A DNA stretch of 64,000 nt from an uncultured Gammaproteobacteria bacterium. GTDB taxonomy: Bacteria; Pseudomonadota; Gammaproteobacteria; PS1; Pseudothioglobaceae. The notes under the pieces were generated by a model. The model was not told the DNA's origin. It saw only the letters and a program-made list of their open reading frames with translations, and did not search any database. Made by a program: the position numbers and the translations under genes. The stretch spans positions 13,021 to 77,020 of the forward strand of contig CAJVZH010000007.1 of the NCBI GenBank assembly GCA_913020715.1, given 5' to 3'. The stretch's first letter is position 1. Each line of letters begins with the position of its first letter. Below, piece by piece: positions 39,413-47,384 of the stretch.

Positions 39413-39612
39413 TGTAATCAGAGAGGCACTACCTAAATAGCTAATTTTTTTTGGCTGTTGTGAGCCGTGTTTTTCTGAACTTATTTTTATACTTGGGTTT
39501 AGTTCGTTCTTTTTACTGTCGATCGATTTGTTCTACTAAGAAGAAATGACTTTGCCATTAAAGATTTGATAAGTTGAGTATATATACTTTAAACTAAAAG
39601 GAGAGTAATATA

Positions 39613-40878
39613 ATGTACAAGAAAAGTAAAATTTCTGCAGCGATTTTAGCTTCTGCAGCAATGTTTTCGATGGGTGCTGCGCAAGCAGGCGACACCGTTA
39701 ACGTTGGTTTCTTAGGCGCCTTATCAGGCCCTGATGCTGGTTGGGGCCTTCCGGGTCTTACTGGTAACCAAATGTTTATTGATGAGCAGAATGCTTTGGG
39801 CGGACTTTTGGTCTGTGGTGAGCGTTACCCGCTAAAAATGATAACGTTTGATGACGAAGCAACTGGTTCTAAAGCCCTACAAGGCGCTCAAGAATTAGTG
39901 TTTGAGCATGATGTTAAGTTCATTAGTGCGATTGGTGGTAACCCTGCTAATGCGACACACCCGTTCTTAACGGAAGCAAAGGTTATTTACGCAAGTTTGA
40001 TTTCTACTGATATCAGACCGGACCGTCCTTACCTGATTGCAGGTGGTGACGTAACACCTCGTATTGACATGTTAAGACCTGGTTATCATAAGCGTAAGGA
40101 TCCTTCTCTATCTCGTTGGGCTGTGCTTTCACAGGACGACGCACTTGGTGTGTCTTCTCAGGCTTGGGAAGTAGGTTCTGCACTTGCTGAAGGTTGGGAC
40201 GTTGTTTATGATGAGCACTACTCACTAGAAACTGTTGACTTTGCTCCTGTTGTAACAGCGGTATTGGCAACTAACCCTGATGTTGTAAGTCTGAACTTGT
40301 CATACCCTGATTTCGTTGTTAGTATTATTGAGCAGTTATACGTTCAAGGCTACACAGGTGAAATCTCTGGTAACTACCTAGACTCTGAGTCAATTTTGAC
40401 TAAGGTTCCAGCGTCATTCATCGAAGGCCAAGTGGACAGCTTCCCGTTAATGGATGATCCTCATTGGGGCTTTGGCTCTAACCAGGCAAATTTCGCTGCT
40501 AACTGGACTGCTAGATTCGGACCGGGCGGCCCTGAAGATAAGAAGCGTGCTATGAACGGTATTGACTGGGATCACGTGATCATGCTTGAAGTGTGGGCTA
40601 AGGGTGTTCAGCACGCTTGTTCATTCGAAGCTGACGACGTAATGGCCTCACTTCACTCAATGGGTGAAATGGAGACATTGCTAGGTTCTGGTGCATTCGC
40701 AGGTGCTGATATGTTCGGTATCAACAACATGATTGCAACTCCAGTGCCAATTAACGAAAGCCGTAATGGTGTTAAGCGTGTACAAGAAGTAGTTGACTTT
40801 GCTGCGTGGTTCGCACCACATTCAGAGGAAATTATTGCTCACGTTCGTTCTAAAGGCTTAATGTACGACCAGCAATAA
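39613..40878 (+). CDS. ABC transporter substrate-binding protein, LivK/type-1 periplasmic-binding fold
   Basis: Signal peptide; VGFLGALSGPDAGWG, INxxGGL and FDDE; followed by LivH/M/G/F homologs. Confidence 0.88.
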   Translation: MYKKSKISAAILASAAMFSMGAAQAGDTVNVGFLGALSGPDAGWGLPGLTGNQMFIDEQNALGGLLVCGERYPLKMITFDDEATGSKALQGAQELVFEHDVKFISAIGGNPANATHPFLTEAKVIYASLISTDIRPDRPYLIAGGDVTPRIDMLRPGYHKRKDPSLSRWAVLSQDDALGVSSQAWEVGSALAEGWDVVYDEHYSLETVDFAPVVTAVLATNPDVVSLNLSYPDFVVSIIEQLYVQGYTGEISGNYLDSESILTKVPASFIEGQVDSFPLMDDPHWGFGSNQANFAANWTARFGPGGPEDKKRAMNGIDWDHVIMLEVWAKGVQHACSFEADDVMASLHSMGEMETLLGSGAFAGADMFGINNMIATPVPINESRNGVKRVQEVVDFAAWFAPHSEEIIAHVRSKGLMYDQQ

Positions 40879-41099
40879 AGTAACAAGCTAATAGAGCCCC
40901 TCGGCTTTATTGGTGTGGGTGTCGGCGGTGAACACACCGTCGGCGTTCCACAAAATGCGCCCTAGGGTGCGATGTGTGTAAAAATAACAACAACTGTTTC
41001 TTCTTTTTTACCACGTAAAGCGTTATTGATACACGGGGGTTATATGATGTATCCATTGCGCAAGCTAGACAAAAAGTAAAACGGTCGGGTTTTACTTTG

Positions 41100-41140
41100 G
41101 CGGAGTGGGGGAGTTAGTTGCCCCCAACCGCTTTTTTTTT
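41100..41140 (+). terminator. Intrinsic terminator between the binding-protein gene and the permease genes
   Basis: GCGG..TGGGGG / CCCCCA..CCGC stem followed by nine T residues. Confidence 0.75.
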
Positions 41141-41281
41141 GAAAGTCGATTTATTGCAAATTAAGTCGGGTTTCAAAAGAAAAGGCAAAAGATAAAGAAA
41201 GAAAAAGTGCAAAGAAAAGTAATAATATAAAAAGCAACAGTAAAACATATTTTTAATTAATAAGAGACAGAGGACAACAAT

Positions 41282-42151
41282 ATGGGATTAGACATACTTC
41301 CACAAACGATTGGCAATGCCTTAGTGCTTGGCTCCATCTATGCAATGGTGGCAGTGGGCCTTGCTATTGCGTTTGGCGTCATGCAAATGGCCAACTTTTC
41401 ACACGGCGAGTTATTTATGGTGGGCGCCTATTGCGTTTATGTTTTGTACACTCTTTTCGGTTGGCCTTTTGAGTTGGCAGTGATTGCTTCTTTTCCTATT
41501 GTTGCATTGATTGGCGTTATTTATGAACGGCTGATATTCAGGCCCACGAGGGGTAATGTGCTCGCCGGTTTTATGGCGACAGCTGGTGCTGGTTTTATTC
41601 TGCAAGTGCTTATCAGTGAGTGGTATGGTGTCGGACTACCAAAGTCTGTGCAGGTGCCGTATCCGGGCGGCTCTGACTTTTTAATGACGGCTATCAGTTG
41701 GCAGAGGCTGGCGATTATTCCTGTGACCATTGCGATGGTTTTTGGTTTGTGGTATTTCTTAACAAAAGTTAAAGATGGCAAGGCATTGAGAGCTTGTGCT
41801 CAAGATCCGGAGGCCTCTGTTTTGCAAGGCATTAAGCTGAACAAAATGACAGCCTTAGCAATGGCAATATCTGGCGGCTTTGCCGGTGTTGGTGGTGCGC
41901 TTATGGCGCCGATTGTATCGGTTAACCCTTACATGGGGCATGACTACGCAATTATTGCCTTTATTGTGGTGATTGTGGGCGGTATGTCGAGTATCCCGGG
42001 CGCGGTTTTGGCTGCTTTTATTCTCGGCTTTATCCACACTTTTGTTTCCACCTTCGCTGACTCAGTGTATGGAATGATGATTGGCGTATTATTTATGGCA
42101 ATCGTACTTATTGTTAAACCAACAGGATTATTAGGTAATGTTAAAGTCTAA
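41282..42151 (+). CDS. livH: Branched-chain-type ABC permease (LivH-like)
   Basis: GSIYAMVAVGLAIAFGVMQMANFSHGE, GKALRACAQD and VIVGGMSSIPG. Confidence 0.88.
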   Translation: MGLDILPQTIGNALVLGSIYAMVAVGLAIAFGVMQMANFSHGELFMVGAYCVYVLYTLFGWPFELAVIASFPIVALIGVIYERLIFRPTRGNVLAGFMATAGAGFILQVLISEWYGVGLPKSVQVPYPGGSDFLMTAISWQRLAIIPVTIAMVFGLWYFLTKVKDGKALRACAQDPEASVLQGIKLNKMTALAMAISGGFAGVGGALMAPIVSVNPYMGHDYAIIAFIVVIVGGMSSIPGAVLAAFILGFIHTFVSTFADSVYGMMIGVLFMAIVLIVKPTGLLGNVKV

Positions 42152-43160
42152 CTCTATGTTTATTAAACGCTGGTGGCCCGCGGCCACTATTATTATTGTT
42201 TTTGCCTTCGCACCTCAATTATTTGAAACTTTTTGGGGGAGAATGGGGATGTACAAACTGGTGTTGTTGCAAGTTTTTTTGGCCAATGTTGTATTGGCGC
42301 AAAGTTATCGCTTAATGACCACTACCGGTGATTGGACTCTGTGCCACTATATTTTGATGGGCATGGGTGCTTATACCACGGCAATTCTAGCTAAATTTTA
42401 TGGCGTACCATTTTATTTAACCATTCCAGTGGCGGCAATTTGTACGGTTGCTGTGAGTTTCTTGATAGCATTGCCGCTTTCAAGGACGATTGGATTTGCC
42501 TTCTTTATCGGCTCTTTTGCGCTAGGCGAGTTTGTTCGTTACATATGGGAAAAATTGCACTTCCCATTTGGAGGCTCTCGTGGACTTAGCAATATCCCAA
42601 GGCCTGAGTTAGGACAATCAGGTGACTGGTACTTTGTTGACTTTAGTAGTCGTATGGATATTAGTAATTTGTACTATGGAACATTAATTTTGGCAGTATT
42701 TGCCTTGGTTTTGCTTTATCGCCTTGATACCTCAAGATTTGGTAACGCCTGGAAGTCAATTTACTCAGATAGTGAATTGTGTGAGAGTATTGGTATTAAT
42801 GTCACCAGATATCGTATTCTAATTTTTTGTGTTGCGGGCTTCTTTGCCAGCCTTGCTGGCTCACTTCTGGCGTACCAATGGGGAGCGATCGATCCCGATA
42901 ACTTCGGCATGATTGAAATGGTCTATCTTATTATTTGGGTGGTCGTAGGGGGTGTAAAGACCTACTGGGGTCCACTAATTGGCGTAGCCTCAATGTCTTT
43001 AGTATTTGAATTAACTCGTCCATTTGATGAATTTCGCCCACTGATATTTGGTGTAATTCTTATTTCGTCCTTGGTATTTATGCCGGGCGGTCTAGAGGTG
43101 CTAATACCGCGTACAACGCGATTCTTCAAAAACTTAGTTGGCACAAAGGAGGTAAGCTAA
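42138..43160 (+). CDS. livM: Branched-chain-type ABC permease (LivM-like)
   Basis: GMGAYTTAIL, GGSRGLSNIPRP, SRFGNAW and VVVGGVKTYWGP. Confidence 0.85.
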   Translation: MLKSNSMFIKRWWPAATIIIVFAFAPQLFETFWGRMGMYKLVLLQVFLANVVLAQSYRLMTTTGDWTLCHYILMGMGAYTTAILAKFYGVPFYLTIPVAAICTVAVSFLIALPLSRTIGFAFFIGSFALGEFVRYIWEKLHFPFGGSRGLSNIPRPELGQSGDWYFVDFSSRMDISNLYYGTLILAVFALVLLYRLDTSRFGNAWKSIYSDSELCESIGINVTRYRILIFCVAGFFASLAGSLLAYQWGAIDPDNFGMIEMVYLIIWVVVGGVKTYWGPLIGVASMSLVFELTRPFDEFRPLIFGVILISSLVFMPGGLEVLIPRTTRFFKNLVGTKEVS

Positions 43161-43161
43161 G

Positions 43162-43929
43162 ATGTCATTTCTTTCAGTAAAAAAATTATCCAAACACTTT
43201 GGCGGCTTAATTGCCAACAATGAGATTGATTTAGAGGTTGAAAAGGGCGAAATTCGCGGAATCATTGGCCCCAATGGCGCGGGTAAAACAACTTTTTTCA
43301 ATGTTATTAGTGGCTTCTATCAGCCAACTTCGGGCTCCGTTACGTTTAAAGGGCAAAACATTTCTGGTAAGCATTCTAGTGAGATTTCGAAGCTTGGCGT
43401 TGTGCGCACCTTTCAACGTGCAGCCTTGTTTCCAGATTTTACTGTACTTGAGAACGTCGTGATTGCTCGACATCTTAGGGCAAATAATTCGCTGGTAAGT
43501 GCTATTTTTGGTAATCAAAAAAAGGCTGAAGAGGCAAATGTTAAGCGCTCGGCTGAAATTATTGAATTTCTAGGTCTGGGTGATGAAATTGAATCTTTGG
43601 CATCGAATTTGTCCCACGGCCATCAGCGCCAATTGGGTGTTGCAATGGCGCTCGCTACAGAGCCAGAATTACTAATGCTGGACGAGCCTGTTGCAGGCAT
43701 GAACTCTGGTGAAAAAGCGGTAATGGTTGGAATGGTAAAAAAGATTCGTGACGAGTGGGGTGTGACCGTTCTCTTAGTGGAGCATGATATGAGGACAGTA
43801 ATGAATCTTTGTGACAGGATAACCGTGATTGATTTTGGCGAGAAGCTCGCCGAAGGAACGCCGGATGAAATTAAAAATAACGATAAGGTAATTGAAGCCT
43901 ATCTAGGAGCTGATGACAGTGTTGCTTGA
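43162..43929 (+). CDS. livG: ABC ATP-binding protein (LivG-like)
   Basis: GPNGAGKTT, LSHGHQR, LMLDEPVAG and VIEAYLG. Confidence 0.92.
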   Translation: MSFLSVKKLSKHFGGLIANNEIDLEVEKGEIRGIIGPNGAGKTTFFNVISGFYQPTSGSVTFKGQNISGKHSSEISKLGVVRTFQRAALFPDFTVLENVVIARHLRANNSLVSAIFGNQKKAEEANVKRSAEIIEFLGLGDEIESLASNLSHGHQRQLGVAMALATEPELLMLDEPVAGMNSGEKAVMVGMVKKIRDEWGVTVLLVEHDMRTVMNLCDRITVIDFGEKLAEGTPDEIKNNDKVIEAYLGADDSVA

Positions 43930-44629
43930 ACTTAAAAATACTGCCGTACATTATGGCAAGGTAGAGGCTACTCGAGATATTTCGATTAAAGTCCCCGAGG
44001 GTGAAATTATTACACTAATTGGCGCTAATGGTGCCGGTAAGAGTACTACCCTTAGAATGATTTCTGGCTTGGTAAGGCCCTCGCAGGGTGAGGTGCTTTT
44101 CGAGGGAGAGTCCATTGCTCATTTAGACCCTGAAGACATTACTGACTTGGGAATTGCCCACGTGCCTGAAGGCCGTCATGTGTTTCCACAAATGACCGTT
44201 TTAGAGAATCTAGAAATGGGCGCTTATCTGGTCAAAAGCAAGCAAGAAATGAAGAATAACCTAGAATCGGTTTTTGAGCATTTCCCTCGCTTAAAAGAGA
44301 GAGTGAAGCAGTTTGCTGGCACCATGAGTGGTGGTGAACAACAGATGGTTGCTATGGCTAGAGGCTTGATGTCTAGCCCAAGACTGATTTTGATGGATGA
44401 GCCTTCGTTGGGCTTATCGCCGATTATGCAGCAAGAAATTGCTGTCATTATTAAGGAAATTCACGCCCAAGGGCGCACCATTATTTTGGTTGAGCAAAAC
44501 GCTCGCTTAGCACTTTCTTTAGCACAATATGGTTACGTACTGGAAACAGGCGAAATAGCACTTGAAGGCGATGCTAAAAAGTTGCGAGATGATGAAGGCG
44601 TGCAGCGTACGTATTTAGGAATGGATTAG
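43913..44629 (+). CDS. livF: ABC ATP-binding protein (LivF-like)
   Basis: GANGAGKST, VPEGRHVF, MSGGEQQM, DEPSLGL and VEQN. Confidence 0.93.
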   Translation: MTVLLELKNTAVHYGKVEATRDISIKVPEGEIITLIGANGAGKSTTLRMISGLVRPSQGEVLFEGESIAHLDPEDITDLGIAHVPEGRHVFPQMTVLENLEMGAYLVKSKQEMKNNLESVFEHFPRLKERVKQFAGTMSGGEQQMVAMARGLMSSPRLILMDEPSLGLSPIMQQEIAVIIKEIHAQGRTIILVEQNARLALSLAQYGYVLETGEIALEGDAKKLRDDEGVQRTYLGMD

Positions 44630-44747
44630 ATTTTATTTTAATTATTACCCCTTGTTTTCATACTTTGAGTTAAGTTGAAGGTCATACTGGATTCGCTATT
44701 GCAAAGGGCGTTATAATACGCTCTGTGTATAACGACATTCCTTTGTG

Positions 44748-45941
44748 ATGGACTATGATATCGTCATTATTGGCGGTGGCCCTGTGGGTCTGAGCTTTGC
44801 CTGCTCGATGATAAAATCAAAACTAAAAGTGCTTTTGGTGGAAAAAGCACCATTGAGTGCTGTCGCCAATCCACAGGCGGATGGGCGAGAAATTGCGCTA
44901 ACTCATCAATCTCGTAAAGTGCTCACTGAATTGGGTGTTTGGTCGCTTATCAACCAAGACGAGGTGAGCCCGTTAAAAGAGGCCAAAGTCTTTGATGGCG
45001 ATTCGCCATCGTTGTTAAGTTTTAACACCAACAAATCAGCCATTGACGCACTGGGCTATCTTGTGCCCAATCAACTTATTAGAAAAGCACTTTTTGAGCG
45101 CGCGGCACACGCTGATAATATTGACATTATCAATGAGATCAGTGTGGAAGATGCTAGTACAAGTATTGACAAAGCAATAATTGAACTTTCAGACGGTCGT
45201 AAAATTGAAGCCAAATTAATCGTTGCTGCGGATAGTCGATTTTCAGCGATTCGTCGCAAGATGGGCATCCCTTCATTAATGAGGGATTTTTCCAAGGTGA
45301 TGATTACCGCGCGTATGGCCCACGAAAAACCACACAATCACGTTGCTCTAGAGTGTTTTAATTACGGCCACACTTTGGCGTTGTTGCCAATGAATGGCGA
45401 TATTTCATCGGTGGTTTTAACTGTCCCAGCTAATAAGGCGACTGAGATGTTGAATCTTAGCGAAGACGATTTTAACGCGCTTGCGGCCAAAGGTTTTAAT
45501 AATAAATTGGGTGCGATGAAGCAAGTTGGTGAGCGTCATTCTTATCCGCTAGTTGGTGTTCATGCGCAACGTTTTAAAGCCAATCGTTTTGCTCTTATTG
45601 GTGATGCTGCTGTGGGTATGCATCCGGTGACAGCCCACGGCTTTAATTTGGGTTTGAGAGGGCAGAATATACTCGCTGAAAGTGTTTATGAGGCCTTGGA
45701 CAAAGGTGGCGATATTGGCGCAAGCACTGTGCTTACACGCTTTGAGAAAAAACAAATTAATTTAACTCGACTGATGTTTTTTGGCACCAACGGTATTGTT
45801 GCCCTATTTACTAACGATGACGCGATAGCTAAACAAGTGAGGCGATTTGTACTCAAGTTTGCCGATAAATTTCCACCAGTTAAAGCCTTGATTACGCAGC
45901 ATTTGACTGAGTCGAAAAAAAGCAATTTATTACCTTTTTAA
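44748..45941 (+). CDS. ubiM: Ubiquinone-biosynthesis flavin hydroxylase, UbiM type
   Basis: [24 protein letters not shown] and [18 protein letters not shown]. Confidence 0.85.
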   Translation: MDYDIVIIGGGPVGLSFACSMIKSKLKVLLVEKAPLSAVANPQADGREIALTHQSRKVLTELGVWSLINQDEVSPLKEAKVFDGDSPSLLSFNTNKSAIDALGYLVPNQLIRKALFERAAHADNIDIINEISVEDASTSIDKAIIELSDGRKIEAKLIVAADSRFSAIRRKMGIPSLMRDFSKVMITARMAHEKPHNHVALECFNYGHTLALLPMNGDISSVVLTVPANKATEMLNLSEDDFNALAAKGFNNKLGAMKQVGERHSYPLVGVHAQRFKANRFALIGDAAVGMHPVTAHGFNLGLRGQNILAESVYEALDKGGDIGASTVLTRFEKKQINLTRLMFFGTNGIVALFTNDDAIAKQVRRFVLKFADKFPPVKALITQHLTESKKSNLLPF

Positions 45942-45952
45942 ATGTAAATATT

Positions 45953-46591
45953 ATGACCGGTGATTTAACCCATCTAAGGCGTGAGTTTCGTCAAAGTGGC
46001 CTACGTAGAGATGAGCTCGATGAAAGCCCTATCGTGCAATTTTCTCAGTGGTTTTCGCAAGCTAAAGAAGCTGGTGTGGTCGAGCCAAGTGCGATGAGTT
46101 TGGCAACGGCGGATGATGATGATATCGGTGTCCGTACAGTGCTTTTAAAGTTTTTTGATGAAAAAGGCTTTGTCTTTTTTACCAATTATGAGTCCACAAA
46201 ATCGCAGCAGTTGGGTAAGCGAGCGCAAGCGGCCTTATTGTTTCCTTGGCTTGCGTTGGAGCGACAAGTGAAAATTATGGGTAAAGTGGAAAGAATATCA
46301 ACCTTGGAGTCCATTAAGTATTTTGCCTCTAGACCGAAAGAGTCACAGCTAGGCGCATGGGCCTCTCAACAATCTTCCAGTATTTCTTCAAGAGGCTTAC
46401 TGCTCAGTCAATTTGAGTCAATGAAGAATAAGTTTGCCAAAGGAGAGGTGCCGTTACCAGATTTTTGGGGTGGTTATCGTGTCATACCCGAGACAATTGA
46501 GTTTTGGCAAGGCAGAGAAAATCGCCTTCATGATCGTCTTATCTATAAAAGAGAAGACGGCGAATGGGTTGTTAGCCGATTGTCGCCCTGA
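45953..46591 (+). CDS. pdxH: Pyridoxamine 5'-phosphate oxidase
   Basis: [25 protein letters not shown] and [13 protein letters not shown]. Confidence 0.96.
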   Translation: MTGDLTHLRREFRQSGLRRDELDESPIVQFSQWFSQAKEAGVVEPSAMSLATADDDDIGVRTVLLKFFDEKGFVFFTNYESTKSQQLGKRAQAALLFPWLALERQVKIMGKVERISTLESIKYFASRPKESQLGAWASQQSSSISSRGLLLSQFESMKNKFAKGEVPLPDFWGGYRVIPETIEFWQGRENRLHDRLIYKREDGEWVVSRLSP

Positions 46592-47384
46592 GTGACGAAA
46601 GAACTTCATCGGTTTTAGGCATCACGCCACGCCAGAAATAATACGCTTCTGCTGCTTGCTCAACAAGCATCCCCAAACCATCACTAATGCCGCTGGCACC
46701 GCTTTGTTCGGCCCAATTCATAAAAGGTGTTTGTTGACCGTACATTAGGTCGTAACAAAAAGCGCCTTCCGCAACGCCTGGCAATATTGCTGGCATTTCG
46801 CCCGATAAAGAGGCGCTGGTTGCGTTAATGACAATGTCAACCGGTTTGGCTTTGATTTGATCCATGCCAAAACCGCAAACTTTGCCGTATTTAGCAAAAT
46901 CCATAGCCAACTTTTCAGCTTTGGTCTTTGTTCTGTTGGCAAGTAATATTCTGACGGGTTTATGCTTAAGTAGAGGTAATAGAATACCCTGGGTAGCACC
47001 ACCGGCACCAAGTATAAGAATATCTTTGCCTTCTAGCGATAGGCCTAAGTTATTGCAGAGATCGTTAACAAGACCCTTGCCGTCCGTATTTTCACCGTAG
47101 AGCTCGCCATTTTCAATTTTAATGGTATTAACAGCGCCCGCTGTTTCGGCATTAAGAGTAAGGTGATTGGCGAGATTAAAAGCCTCAATTTTGAATGGTA
47201 CGGTTATATTAAAGCCTTGACCACCTGAAGAAATAAAATCAAGCACTCTCTCTTTGAATCCGTATTTTTCTGCAAGGATTTTTGTGTAACCGATGTCACA
47301 CCCAGTTTGCTGGGCAAACTGGGTGTGAATCGCTGGTGATAAGCTGTGTTCAATTGGGTTACCAAAGACAGCGTAGTTGTCCAT
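46572..47384 (-). CDS. aroE: Shikimate dehydrogenase
   Basis: [27 protein letters not shown] and [11 protein letters not shown]. Confidence 0.96.
   Translation of the reverse strand: MDNYAVFGNPIEHSLSPAIHTQFAQQTGCDIGYTKILAEKYGFKERVLDFISSGGQGFNITVPFKIEAFNLANHLTLNAETAGAVNTIKIENGELYGENTDGKGLVNDLCNNLGLSLEGKDILILGAGGATQGILLPLLKHKPVRILLANRTKTKAEKLAMDFAKYGKVCGFGMDQIKAKPVDIVINATSASLSGEMPAILPGVAEGAFCYDLMYGQQTPFMNWAEQSGASGISDGLGMLVEQAAEAYYFWRGVMPKTDEVLSSLRATIG

Larger units (their letters stand above)
11241..44629. other. Accessory aromatic-catabolism and transport region (genomic-island-like) downstream of tRNA-Val
   Basis: Begins right after a tRNA, contains only catabolic, transport and regulatory genes plus a gene remnant, and ends where housekeeping genes (ubiM) resume. 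No integrase or att repeat seen; the right boundary is uncertain. Confidence 0.55.

Noticed and set aside
39415-39440. ATCAGAGAGG at the leader start as a SAM, glycine or lysine riboswitch
   Set aside because: The downstream conserved elements of those riboswitches are not present.
40879-41180. Hairpin array as a MITE or REP element
   Set aside because: There are no terminal inverted repeats or target duplication, no second copy in the window, and the G-T pairing is strand-specific.
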